From IMG/VR virus record IMGVR_UViG_3300006872_000197, positions 1-31,123 of that record: a stretch of DNA of 31,123 nt; one strand, written 5' to 3'. Under the pieces are notes generated by a model. The model ran no database searches. It was not told the origin of the DNA and saw only the letters and a program-made list of their open reading frames with translations. The stretch is from a virus (lineage: Duplodnaviria > Caudoviricetes). Made by a program: the position numbers and the translations under genes. Of the stretch, positions 1 to 8,671 are shown piece after piece (position 1 is the stretch's first letter; every line of letters begins with the position of its first letter).

Positions 1-297
1 ATGAACGACCGCCGGATCGGCGCGGCGGAAGGCCGCGATATTCTCGCCAGCATCGCGCGACGGTTCCTGATCGTCGTCGAGGCTTCGGGCTGGCTGGAAG
101 AGGAGTTCGACAAGATCTACGACAACCGGCGATCCGCCGCGATGGCCTATTGGACCGGAGCCTATTCCGCTCTGGCAGCCGTTTCGCCGAGCAGCTGGTT
201 GATCACGAAAGAGCTGCTCGACATGCTGGCCGGCGGCGACATGGTCGCCATCGCGCGGACGCTGATCGCCGCCGGCGACAAGGCGGCGCTGCAATGA
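1..297 (+). CDS. hypothetical early protein (true start may lie upstream of the window)
   Basis: 98-aa ORF with high GC3; its stop overlaps the next ATG (ATGA at 294-297). Confidence 0.6.
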   Translation: MNDRRIGAAEGRDILASIARRFLIVVEASGWLEEEFDKIYDNRRSAAMAYWTGAYSALAAVSPSSWLITKELLDMLAGGDMVAIARTLIAAGDKAALQ

Positions 298-575
298 GCG
301 CCGACAGCTGCGGCATGGCCGGGTTCCACTGCGATGTCGCGTCCGACACGATCAATTATAATCCTGCGTTCCGATCGTCGGTGCTGAGCGGGGTCACGCA
401 GGGTCAGTTCTACCTGCGACTGCAGTCATCGGACAACGCGGCGGTGATCGCGCAGTTCGAAATCCGGCAGGCGCGCCAGCTCGCCGACCGGCTCGGCATG
501 CTGATCCGCCTCGCCGACGGCGAAAAAGGCTCGATCGATACCGCCGGCGTCGAGCGGTGGCCGGTGCATCAATGA
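294..575 (+). CDS. hypothetical early protein (MSADSCGMAG...)
   Basis: ATG at 294 overlaps the previous stop; the stop overlaps the next ATG at 572. Confidence 0.6.
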   Translation: MSADSCGMAGFHCDVASDTINYNPAFRSSVLSGVTQGQFYLRLQSSDNAAVIAQFEIRQARQLADRLGMLIRLADGEKGSIDTAGVERWPVHQ

Positions 576-865
576 GCCGAGCGTTCGAGACCTGCGCGGC
601 GACCCGCTGCCTCAAGCCGGTCAAGACCGGCATGCTGATGTGCCGCGACCACTGGTTCGCGTTGCCCAAGCCGCTGCGCGACACGATCTGGGAATCGTTC
701 AGAGGCCATCAGTGGACGATTTACCGCGAAGCGGTTGCCGAGGCGAAGGACTATATCGACCGATTCGAGCGTCCGTTCGATTTCGAGGCCGAGGTCCGCT
801 CGCCACGCGCGATCGATGTCGCAACGGGCAAGCCCGTTCGCTACACAAGCGGGCGGCTGCTATGA
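572..865 (+). CDS. small C3H zinc-finger protein
   Basis: CAATRC-x10-CRDHW (C-x4-C-x10-C-x2-H); ATGA coupling on both sides. Confidence 0.7.
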   Translation: MSRAFETCAATRCLKPVKTGMLMCRDHWFALPKPLRDTIWESFRGHQWTIYREAVAEAKDYIDRFERPFDFEAEVRSPRAIDVATGKPVRYTSGRLL

Positions 866-1401
866 GTGGCCTGGGCGACGATGCGCGGACGGCCTGCCGG
901 GTGACCGATTGTCCCTATCCGGCGAAGACCGCCCGGCTGCCCTTCTGTCCGATGCATAGCTCGCTGCTGGCGGGCACGCACATTGCCGCCATTCGTGACG
1001 CGGCCGACCCGGAAGAGCGCGGAATCGCCATCGGCGAAGCACTGTCGCACCTTCGCGCCGCCGAAATAAAGCTGCATTCACGGCTGCTGGCGAATTCGGT
1101 CGCCGCAATCATCGAAGACGCGGTCGAGCTTACCGGCTTCACCCCTTCGCAGATACTCGGCGCGCAACGCGCACGCCCGATCGCCTACGTCCGTTTCGCG
1201 ATCGCGCATGTCGCGCGGCGCAACACAGGGCAATCGCTGCCCGAGATCGGCCGGCGGCTCGGCCGCGATCACACGACGATTTTAAACGGCCTCGCGCGGG
1301 CCAAGGGCCTGGTCGACAAGGATGCGAATTTCGCCTGGCTGGTCAACGAGCTCGAGCAGCGCGCGATCCGACGGCGCGCGGTTGCGGAGCAAAGCGCATG
1401 A
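862..1401 (+). CDS. Zn-finger plus DnaA domain-IV-like (Bac_DnaA_C) HTH DNA-binding protein
   Basis: N-terminal CRVTDC-x11-CPMH; C-terminal ILGAQRARPIAYVR...SLPEIGRRLGRDHTTILNG matches the DnaA C-terminal signature. Confidence 0.8.
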   Translation: MSGLGDDARTACRVTDCPYPAKTARLPFCPMHSSLLAGTHIAAIRDAADPEERGIAIGEALSHLRAAEIKLHSRLLANSVAAIIEDAVELTGFTPSQILGAQRARPIAYVRFAIAHVARRNTGQSLPEIGRRLGRDHTTILNGLARAKGLVDKDANFAWLVNELEQRAIRRRAVAEQSA

Positions 1402-2024
1402 CCGCCGACCTTGCCAGCACGGGCAGCTACGAGCGGCACCCGTTCGACTGGTATGTCGAGCCGGCCTGGACGGTGGCGGCGCTGATTGCCCATGTGCCGT
1501 TCGATCGCGACGAGGTCATCTATGATCCGGCGTGCGGTCGCGGCACGATTCCGCTCGGCTTCCGTATGGCAGGTTTTCGCCGCACGCTGGGCACCGACAT
1601 CGTCGATCGCGGCTGGCTGGATGCGCAGAGGCCGGTCGATTTTCTCGAGCCGGTACTGTTCCAGTGCGGCCCTCATCTCTCGATCGTCTGCAACCCGCCT
1701 TATTCCTATAAAAAGGGTATCGCCGAGGCGTTCGTCAGCAAGGCTCTGGCCAGCGCGACGCGGCTGGTCTGCATGCTGCTGCCTGTCAAATGGCTGGCAT
1801 CAGAAGGCCGTCACCGGCTGTTCAGCGACCATGCGCCGTCCGAAATCCTGATCTTCTGCGAGCGCCCGTCGATGCCGCCGGGCGAGCTGGTCGAGCAGCT
1901 CGGCCAAAAAGCGTGGAAGCGCGGCAAGGTCGATTACTGCTGGATCGTCTGGGACGTGCGCGAGCCGTTCGCCGAAACCAGGACGCGCTGGATTGCCCCG
2001 CGCCCAAAGGCGGAGCGGGCATGA
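1398..2024 (+). CDS. DNA amino-methyltransferase (probably N6-adenine)
   Basis: SAM-binding motif I YDPACGRG followed by catalytic motif IV CNPPY. Confidence 0.85.
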   Translation: MTADLASTGSYERHPFDWYVEPAWTVAALIAHVPFDRDEVIYDPACGRGTIPLGFRMAGFRRTLGTDIVDRGWLDAQRPVDFLEPVLFQCGPHLSIVCNPPYSYKKGIAEAFVSKALASATRLVCMLLPVKWLASEGRHRLFSDHAPSEILIFCERPSMPPGELVEQLGQKAWKRGKVDYCWIVWDVREPFAETRTRWIAPRPKAERA

Positions 2025-2260
2025 TGGAGCGCCGCACCGACCGTGCCGAAGAGCTCGCCCGCGCCCGCCGCGAATTCGAGGGTGCGATGGCGCTGGGCGT
2101 CACCGTGCTCGAATACCGCCGGATCGAAGCGGAACGCCGCTGGCGCGAGAATATCGAGCGGATGAGGGCCGTCGCCGGGCGCACTGGAACGCTGCGCCAT
2201 GCCCCGCCTCCCGGCTCGCCCAACCCGTTCGCCGACGCCCCCTGGATGATGAAGGACTGA
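2021..2260 (+). CDS. hypothetical protein (MMERRTDRAEEL...)
   Basis: ATG at 2021 overlaps the MTase stop; 79 aa, helical and charged. Confidence 0.65.
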   Translation: MMERRTDRAEELARARREFEGAMALGVTVLEYRRIEAERRWRENIERMRAVAGRTGTLRHAPPPGSPNPFADAPWMMKD

Positions 2261-2269
2261 CGATGGCTT

Positions 2270-2280
2270 CCCCCCCCCCC
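2270..2280 (+). repeat. poly(C)11 homopolymer
   Basis: ATGGCTT followed by 11 C; ATG at 2263 is preceded by an AAGGA SD. Confidence 0.9.
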
Positions 2281-2330
2281 GCAAGAACCATGCCCGCGCC
2301 GACAACCGCCCGTCCTACGGGAAACGTCCT

Positions 2331-3128
2331 ATGAGGCCGTATGCGGCCTATGCGCCGCCGATCGGCGACCCGCCGGCGATCCAGTTCGTGGGCGTTGACC
2401 GCATGGCCGCCGATCCCGCCTACCAGCGCCCGATCAATACCCGCGCGTCGGTATCGCTGATCAACGCGATCGCGCGCGACTGGGACTGGCGGCTGTGCGC
2501 GCCACTGCTGGTCGCGGCGCGCGACGACGGCCTGTTCGTGATCGACGGCCAGCACCGGCTGGCCGCTGCCCGGCTGCGCGGCGACATTCCCCATCTGCCC
2601 GCCGTGGTCGTGCGCTTCGCCTCGGTCGCCGAGGAAGCGATGGTGTTCGTGAGAGCCAACCGGCGGCGCAAGTCGATGTCGGTCTATGACGATCACCGTG
2701 CCGCCGTCGCCGCCGGCGACGAACGGGCGGTGCTGGTCGACCGGCTGATCCGCGAGGCGGGGCTGACCCCGGCCAACAAGGCGTTGGGCCAGGGCATGGC
2801 GCCCGGCGAGATCGGCTGCATCACCGTGATCAACACCGCGATCCGAAAGTATGGCGTGCCGGTCGTTGCGGCCGCACTCAACGTGATGGGCGACGCCTTC
2901 GCGGGGCAGCTGCTTAGCCGGGCATCGGCGCTGTTCATGGGGCTGGTGTTCGTGTTCGCGCGCCACCCGGAAACCGACCCCGACGAGCTGGCGGTGGTGA
3001 TGGGCGGGATGACCGCCGAGGAATGGTCATCGCACCCCATGCTCGAGGGCGAGCATAGCGGCATGGGGCGCAACGAGGCGATGCGCCGCGCGATCCTCGA
3101 CGAGATCGCGCAAGGGGCGGACGCGTGA
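2331..3128 (+). CDS. ParB-N/DGQHR-like protein (DUF6551-like)
   Basis: DPAYQR and LFVIDGQHRLAAA motifs, EEAMVF..AN helix; the start may be 2263 if the C tract is C9 or C12. Confidence 0.8.
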   Translation: MRPYAAYAPPIGDPPAIQFVGVDRMAADPAYQRPINTRASVSLINAIARDWDWRLCAPLLVAARDDGLFVIDGQHRLAAARLRGDIPHLPAVVVRFASVAEEAMVFVRANRRRKSMSVYDDHRAAVAAGDERAVLVDRLIREAGLTPANKALGQGMAPGEIGCITVINTAIRKYGVPVVAAALNVMGDAFAGQLLSRASALFMGLVFVFARHPETDPDELAVVMGGMTAEEWSSHPMLEGEHSGMGRNEAMRRAILDEIAQGADA

Positions 3129-3241
3129 TCGGGGGCTTTGCAGCCGACCTGATCGGCTCGGTCGCCGCCACGCTGGCCCTGTTCGTGCTCGCGTTCGAAG
3201 CGCTGGGCGGTTTCGACGACTTCATGAACGGCGGTCGGTGA
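3125..3241 (+). CDS. 38-aa hydrophobic small protein (not in ORF track)
   Basis: GTG at 3125 overlaps the previous TGA; MIGGFAADLIGSVAATLALFVLAFEALGGFDDFMNGGR; its stop overlaps the next ATG. Confidence 0.55.
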   Translation: MIGGFAADLIGSVAATLALFVLAFEALGGFDDFMNGGR

Positions 3242-3486
3242 TGGCCGGCGATGGCTCTTGCCCGGTTCCACGCGGCCCGGCGCGATTGGGCAATCTGAGG
3301 CCGGTGCCGATCTGGCTGTCGCCGGCAGTGTGCGACCGGGTGCTGGACGTAACGCCAGCGACATCGCCCGGGTTGCGCGGACGCCAGGGCGTCGTCGTCA
3401 TCGATCAGCACGCTTTCCCGGCGTTGCCGGCGCCCAAGTCCAAAAACGTACCGGCCAAAAATTTACGGGAAAGCGACGATGCCTAG
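3241..3486 (+). CDS. hypothetical protein
   Basis: Fills the operon gap with TGATG coupling and overlaps the HNH start. Confidence 0.45.
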   Translation: MAGDGSCPVPRGPARLGNLRPVPIWLSPAVCDRVLDVTPATSPGLRGRQGVVVIDQHAFPALPAPKSKNVPAKNLRESDDA

Positions 3487-3865
3487 GCCGGTGCGTTTCA
3501 CCCTGCAGGGCCGCAAGGACCATGGCTATTGCTGCTGGTGCAAGCGGCCGCTGGTCGCTTCGAACCTGTCGTCTGATCGTGCCTTCACCTTCGATCATGT
3601 CACGCCGGTTCGCGACGGCGGGCGGCAGAAGGTGCCGTGCTGCTTCAAATGCAACCAGCTCAAGGGCGATCTGCCGGCGCAGCTGTGGTATTTCTTCATC
3701 GATCACAACCCCGGATACTGGCGGCAGTTCGACAAGCGCGAGCACGTCAAGGATTGGATCATCGCGGCGCACATCCAGCGCGTTCGCGACGGCCTGCCGC
3801 CGTTGATCTCGCCGCTGTCTCCGATCCGATCGGGACTGGGGTCGCGGACCATACGACATGGCTAA
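3479..3865 (+). CDS. HNH endonuclease
   Basis: CCWC...TFDHVTPVRDGG...VPCCFKCNQLKG (McrA-like HNH with two Zn knuckles). Confidence 0.88.
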   Translation: MPRPVRFTLQGRKDHGYCCWCKRPLVASNLSSDRAFTFDHVTPVRDGGRQKVPCCFKCNQLKGDLPAQLWYFFIDHNPGYWRQFDKREHVKDWIIAAHIQRVRDGLPPLISPLSPIRSGLGSRTIRHG

Positions 3866-4322
3866 GGCGCGCGCGATTCCCGGGCAGATCGCCTTTGTGT
3901 TCGATCCGCCGGCGCCGGCGATCCTACCCGCCGCGCTGGCCGGTGAAGCGGCGCGCACGGCACAGCTGGTCGGTGAGGCACTGGCCAGCGATCCGAGGCC
4001 GCGGCACATCATCGCGGCGGAAATGAGCGCGCTGCTCGACGAGGACGTCTCGAAAGCGATGCTCGACGCCTATTCGAGCCCGGCCCGCGACGGTCACAAC
4101 ATCAGCTATACCCGGATGAAGGCGCTGATCGCGGTGACGGGCCGGTTCGACCTTCTCGACCGCGACCTGCGCACGATCGGCGCGACCGTGCTGGTCGGCG
4201 CGGAAATCCACACCGCGCGGCTGGGGCACCTGCGGGCGCGATACAACCAGATCAAGGAAGAGCTGCGCGAGGCCGAACGGGCCGTGACGCCGATCGTCCG
4301 TAACCCCGGGGACAGCGAATGA
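3858..4322 (+). CDS. putative DNA-binding/regulatory protein preceding the transposase
   Basis: RHIIAAEMS...VSKAMLDAYSS HTH-like segment and C-terminal coiled coil; coupled to MuA. Confidence 0.55.
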   Translation: MAKARAIPGQIAFVFDPPAPAILPAALAGEAARTAQLVGEALASDPRPRHIIAAEMSALLDEDVSKAMLDAYSSPARDGHNISYTRMKALIAVTGRFDLLDRDLRTIGATVLVGAEIHTARLGHLRARYNQIKEELREAERAVTPIVRNPGDSE

Positions 4323-6244
4323 GCGGGTGGTTCACCGCTGCCGAAATTGCCGAGCTTGGCCTGCCGGGTCTCGCCCGTTCGAAACGGCACATCAACGAAC
4401 GCGCCACCAGCGAACGCTGGGCACTGATGACCGGGCCGGGCGGCGAACCGCTGGCGCGGCTGCGCACGGGGCGCGGCGGCGGGCTTGAATATCATTATTC
4501 GGTCTTACCCGGCTCGGCCGTCGCCGCGCTGCAGCGGCGCGGTGTGCTCGACCCTGCCGCGGCGCCCGCCAAGGGAGCCGCCTGGGCGGCGTTCGAGCGG
4601 CTGCCCGAAAAGGTCAAGGTTGAAGCGCAGCGCCGTGCCTCGATCATCGCCAAGGTCGAGCTGCTCGAGCAGTCGGGCATGCGCCGCGGCGCGGCGGTCG
4701 ATACCGTCGCCAGGCTCGACGCGGTCGCGGCATCGACGGTGTGGAACTGGCTTCAGCTCGTCACCGGCATCGATCCGGCACAGCGGCTTCCGGTCCTCGC
4801 CCCGCGCCGTACCGGCGGCGGGCGCGCCGCCGATGTCGATGAGGAAGCATGGCGGCTACTGAAAGGCGATTATCTGCGGCCTTCCGAACCGACGTTCGCG
4901 TCGTGCTACTGGCGGATGGTCAAAGACTATGCCGAGCCGCGCGGGATCCCGGTTCCGCATGTCCGCACGCTGTGGCGCAAGTTCGAGCGCGAAGTCGATC
5001 CCCGGTTGGTGGTCGCGCTGCGCAAGGGAACCGACGCGCTCCGCCAGACCCTGCCGCCGCAGCAACGCAGCGTCGCGCATCTCCATGCCATGGAGCTGGT
5101 CAACATCGACGGGCACAAGTTCGACGCCTTCGTGCGGCTGGCCGACGGCCGGATCGTGCGGCCGATCATGGTGGCGATCCAGGACGTCTTCAGCCGCAAA
5201 ATTCTGGCCTGGCGGATCGGCGAGACCGAAAGCGCCGTGCAGACCCGGCTGGCGTTCGCCGACCTGTTCCGCGTCTGGGGCATCCCCAAGGGCTGTTACA
5301 TGGACAACGGGCGCGCCTTCGCGTCGAAATGGATCACCGGCGGCGCCACCAGCCGGTTCCGTTTCAAGATCCGGGAAGAGGAACCGACCGGCCTTCTCAC
5401 CGCGCTCGGAATCGCGATCCACTGGACCTTCCCGTTCCGGGGCCAGTCGAAGCCGATCGAGCGCGCGTTCCGCGACCTGTGCGACAGCATCGCGCGCCAT
5501 CCGGCGCTCGACGGCGCCTATACCGGCAACCGGACTGATGCGAAGCCCGAGAATTACGGTGCACGCGCGGTGCCGCTGGCCGATTTCATCGGCATCGTCG
5601 AACGCGGAATCGCGGTGCACAACGCCCGCGGCGGACGCCGCACCGAAACGGCATCGGGCAAGAGCTTCGACGACGCGTTCGCGCGCAGCTATGCGCACGC
5701 GCCGATCGGCAAGGCGACGCCCGAGCAGCTGCGGCTCGCGCTGCTGACTGCCGACGAAGTAACGCCGTGCCGCAAGACCGGCGCGATCACGCTGTACGGC
5801 AACCGCTACTGGTCGCCGGCGATGAGCGCGATCGCGGCCAAACGTGTCACGGTGCGATTCGATCCCGACGACCTGTCGCTCGATCTCCATGTCTACGACC
5901 GGGCGGGCCGATATCTCTGCGCGGCGGGAATGCTCGAAGCCACCGGGTTCGACGACGTCGCCGCCGCCAAGATGCGCGCGCGCCAGGAGGCGGAGCTCCG
6001 CAAGACGGTGCGGCGCGCGGCCGAGCTCGAGCAGCTGCTCTCGGCCGAGGAAGTGGCCGCACGGTTCGACCGTGATGCGGTGCCAGTCGATATGCCGGCG
6101 GCGTCGGTGATCCGGCCCGTGCGCCACCGTGGCCAGACCGCGGCGGCGCTCAAGCTGGTCGAGGACTGCACGGCCGAACCCGCCCGACCCGCCTTCATCG
6201 ACCGCCTGACCGCCGCCAGCGAGCGGCTGCGGCTCGTCGAATGA
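4319..6244 (+). CDS. muA: Mu-type DDE transposase (MuA)
   Basis: N-terminal Mu HTH (WFTAAEIAELGLPGL), catalytic NIDGH, YMDNG and KPIER residues, C-terminal VRFDPDDL domain. Confidence 0.95.
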   Translation: MSGWFTAAEIAELGLPGLARSKRHINERATSERWALMTGPGGEPLARLRTGRGGGLEYHYSVLPGSAVAALQRRGVLDPAAAPAKGAAWAAFERLPEKVKVEAQRRASIIAKVELLEQSGMRRGAAVDTVARLDAVAASTVWNWLQLVTGIDPAQRLPVLAPRRTGGGRAADVDEEAWRLLKGDYLRPSEPTFASCYWRMVKDYAEPRGIPVPHVRTLWRKFEREVDPRLVVALRKGTDALRQTLPPQQRSVAHLHAMELVNIDGHKFDAFVRLADGRIVRPIMVAIQDVFSRKILAWRIGETESAVQTRLAFADLFRVWGIPKGCYMDNGRAFASKWITGGATSRFRFKIREEEPTGLLTALGIAIHWTFPFRGQSKPIERAFRDLCDSIARHPALDGAYTGNRTDAKPENYGARAVPLADFIGIVERGIAVHNARGGRRTETASGKSFDDAFARSYAHAPIGKATPEQLRLALLTADEVTPCRKTGAITLYGNRYWSPAMSAIAAKRVTVRFDPDDLSLDLHVYDRAGRYLCAAGMLEATGFDDVAAAKMRARQEAELRKTVRRAAELEQLLSAEEVAARFDRDAVPVDMPAASVIRPVRHRGQTAAALKLVEDCTAEPARPAFIDRLTAASERLRLVE

Positions 6245-6275
6245 GTGTTTTCCACCCCGACAGAAGGATATTTCG

Positions 6276-7232
6276 ATGAACAATCCGTCCGATCAACCCA
6301 TCGACGAGGTCGAGCAGCGTGTCTGGCTGGCCGAGCACAAGGCGATCACCGGCCTCAGCTGGACCGATCTCAGCAAGCGCACCGGCATCGCCACGGGAAC
6401 GATCAGCCAGTTCGGTGTCGGCACCTACAAGGGCGACAACGTCGGCCTTGCGCGCAAGATCTTCCAGTATCGCCAGCATCTGATCAGCCAGGCCGAAATC
6501 GAGATCGAGGCGCCGAAAATTCCGGGCTATTTCGACACGCCGACCAGCCGGCAGATCATGACCGCACTGCGGCTTGCCCAGCGCGGGCGGATCGTGGTGG
6601 TCGCGACCGGGCCTGGCACCGGCAAGACCGTGACGACGCGCGAGTACCGGGAACGCGTTTCCAACGTCTGGCAGGCCACGATTTCGCCGTCCTGCGCCTC
6701 GGTGGTCAGCATGCAGGTCGAGGTGCTGGCCGCGCTGGGCGAGCGCGACGCGATGGGCACGCCGCAGCGTCTGTCGCGGCGTATCAAGGAACGGGTACGC
6801 GAAACCGGCGGCCTGATCGCGATCGACGAGGCGCAGCATCTCACCGAACGGTCGATCGAGGAAATCCGCAGCTGGCACGATGCGACCGGCATCGGCATCG
6901 CGCTGCTCGGCAATGAAACCGTGCTGTCGCGGATCGAGGGCGGATCGCGCAAGGCCGCTTATGCCCAGCTTTACAGCCGGGTCGGGTTCAAGATGGTCCA
7001 GAACCTGCCGACGTCGGGCGATGCCGAGGCGTTGGCCGATGCCTGGAACATCACCGACGACAAGCAGATCGCGTTCATCACCAAGGTGGCGGCAAAGCCC
7101 GGGGGCTTGCGCGGCTGCACCTTCATGCTGGAGCTGGCGGCGATGCTGGCCGCAGGCGAGGCGCGGCGGACACGGCTTTCGGACCTGCAGGACGCGTGGA
7201 CCCAGCTGTCCTCGCGGCCGGTGCCGGCATGA
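6276..7232 (+). CDS. muB: Mu transposition AAA+ ATPase (MuB)
   Basis: N-terminal HTH, Walker A GPGTGKT, Walker B IAIDEAQHL, QLYSRVG; GAAGGA SD. Confidence 0.93.
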   Translation: MNNPSDQPIDEVEQRVWLAEHKAITGLSWTDLSKRTGIATGTISQFGVGTYKGDNVGLARKIFQYRQHLISQAEIEIEAPKIPGYFDTPTSRQIMTALRLAQRGRIVVVATGPGTGKTVTTREYRERVSNVWQATISPSCASVVSMQVEVLAALGERDAMGTPQRLSRRIKERVRETGGLIAIDEAQHLTERSIEEIRSWHDATGIGIALLGNETVLSRIEGGSRKAAYAQLYSRVGFKMVQNLPTSGDAEALADAWNITDDKQIAFITKVAAKPGGLRGCTFMLELAAMLAAGEARRTRLSDLQDAWTQLSSRPVPA

Positions 7233-7378
7233 CCGGCTGGCAGCGTGTGGTCGAGGCGCTGCGCTGGGGCTGGCCCGAGACGCGCGATCGCCTGCTCTAC
7301 TGCGCCGCGGCGATCTTGATCGGCATGAGCCTGCTGCTGCTGGTAGCGATCGTGCTGGCGGCGGGGCCTGGCCGATGA
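7229..7378 (+). CDS. small membrane protein
   Basis: 49 aa with one hydrophobic helix; ATGA coupling on both sides. Confidence 0.6.
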   Translation: MTGWQRVVEALRWGWPETRDRLLYCAAAILIGMSLLLLVAIVLAAGPGR

Positions 7379-8061
7379 GCGCGGTCGCCATGCCGGCGCG
7401 GTTCGATGCCGGGCAGCAGCGACGCCGCGCGATGCTCGCGAAGGTTCACCTCGCAAAGAAGCAGCTCGGCCTCAGCGACGACGATTATCGCGCGGTGCTG
7501 ATGCGGGTCGCGGGCGCAATGAGCGCGGCAGATCTCGACGAGCGCGGACTGGCGGCGGTGATCGCCGAATTCTCGGCCAAGGGTTTCACTGCCAAGGCGC
7601 GGTTCCCGGGCCAGTCGCGCGCCGCCGATCACCCGTCGGCCCGCAAGGCGCGGGCACTGTGGATCTCGCTCCATCAACTCGGCGAGATCAAAAATCCATC
7701 CGAGCCCGCGCTCGAGGCGTTCGCCGCGCGCCAGATGAGGGTGGAGCGGCTGCAATGGGCCAACCAGGGCCAATGCTACAAGCTCATCGAGGCGCTGAAG
7801 GCGATCGCGACGCGCGCCGGCTGGGACCAGTCGACCGAGGGCCTGTCACCGGCGGCCAGGCCGCGCGAGCTCAAGCGCCGGCTGTGCGTGGCGATCATGG
7901 ACCGGCTGCGCGATCGCGGGGTCGTGCCGGCGGGCTGGACGCTTGCCCAGGCGTGCTTCCGGCTGGGCGGCGTCGAGCTGCCCGATGCGATGCTGCGCAC
8001 CGCCGAAGATTACGACCGCGCCGCCTTCGTGCTGGGCCACGCACTCAATTCCGCCAGCTGA
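7375..8061 (+). CDS. gemA: GemA/Mu gp16 family protein (DUF1018)
   Basis: AMLAKVHLAKKQLGLSDDDYRAVL...KARALWISL...LIEALKA signature. Confidence 0.88.
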   Translation: MSAVAMPARFDAGQQRRRAMLAKVHLAKKQLGLSDDDYRAVLMRVAGAMSAADLDERGLAAVIAEFSAKGFTAKARFPGQSRAADHPSARKARALWISLHQLGEIKNPSEPALEAFAARQMRVERLQWANQGQCYKLIEALKAIATRAGWDQSTEGLSPAARPRELKRRLCVAIMDRLRDRGVVPAGWTLAQACFRLGGVELPDAMLRTAEDYDRAAFVLGHALNSAS

Positions 8062-8077
8062 GACGAAAGGAACGATC

Positions 8078-8233
8078 ATGCGCCATCATCGTGGGTTATC
8101 CGGCCTGCCCAACCGCGAATGGGAAACGCTGCCGCTGCTGACGCCGACGCACCCGCGCGGGCGGTCGCCGGTCAGTTATCTGTTCGCCTTTGTCGCGGGA
8201 ATCGCGATCGGCATGGTGCTGCACGCTTTCTGA
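8078..8233 (+). CDS. small protein with C-terminal TM helix
   Basis: AAAGGA SD before ATG 8078; ends in YLFAFVAGIAIGMVLHAF. Confidence 0.6.
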   Translation: MRHHRGLSGLPNREWETLPLLTPTHPRGRSPVSYLFAFVAGIAIGMVLHAF

Positions 8234-8234
8234 C

Positions 8235-8606
8235 ATGCATCGCGACACCGAAACCCGTCAGGAGATCGAGCGCCTGATCGGCGCGGCCGGTCTCAAGCTG
8301 CTGATCGAGCAGCTGGGCGGGACCAAGATCTTCGTGCCCAAACGGATCGGCCGGCACCATCCGCTGGCCGCAGCGATCGGCCAGCGCCGCGCGGACATCA
8401 TCGCCGCGCACTTCGCCGGGAACTGGCTGACCCTGCCCAAGGCGCATTTCCGTCGCAAGCAGGCGCTCGAGATGATCAAGGAAGGGGGCATGCTCCAGCG
8501 CGAGATCGCGCTCGCCACCGATTATTCGCAGCGCCAAATCGAACGGCTGGCGGCGCGCCATCGTGGCCGCGCGGATAGCGAAGACGATCAGCCGAGCCTG
8601 TTCTGA
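8235..8606 (+). CDS. Mor/C family transcription activator
   Basis: LIEQLGGTKIFVPK motif, C-terminal HTH (QREIALATDYSQRQIER), last gene before the lysis operon. Confidence 0.8.
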   Translation: MHRDTETRQEIERLIGAAGLKLLIEQLGGTKIFVPKRIGRHHPLAAAIGQRRADIIAAHFAGNWLTLPKAHFRRKQALEMIKEGGMLQREIALATDYSQRQIERLAARHRGRADSEDDQPSLF

Positions 8607-8619
8607 TTATTGCGGATTG

Positions 8620-8671
8620 CCGACTTTTGTCGGTTTAGAGGATTTTCCGCGCTGGCGCATTGATCGCCGCC
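8620..8671 (+). promoter_or_regulatory. putative late promoter with activator dyad CCGAC-TTTT-GTCGG
   Basis: Dyad 8620-8633 followed by TTTAGAGGATT; a second copy lies at 18924 with identical spacing to the ATG. Confidence 0.7.

Noticed and set aside
862-1401. Chromosomal dnaA gene
   Set aside because: Only domain IV is present; there is no AAA+ domain and the context is phage
2331-3128. Dnd phosphorothioation system or parABS partition locus
   Set aside because: DGQHR/ParB-like motif only; no dndACDE, parA or recognisable parS repeats in the window
3440-3475. A-rich patch (CCAAAAACG...CCAAAAATTT) as an IHF site, enhancer or promoter
   Set aside because: No convincing IHF consensus or -35/-10 pair; it can be explained by Lys/Asn codons
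6880-7374. Extended N-termini in the ORF track (6880, 640, 9939, 13970, 20266, 27229, 28481 and others)
   Set aside because: They overlap real upstream genes; true starts are at coupled ATGs or SD-preceded ATGs further downstream
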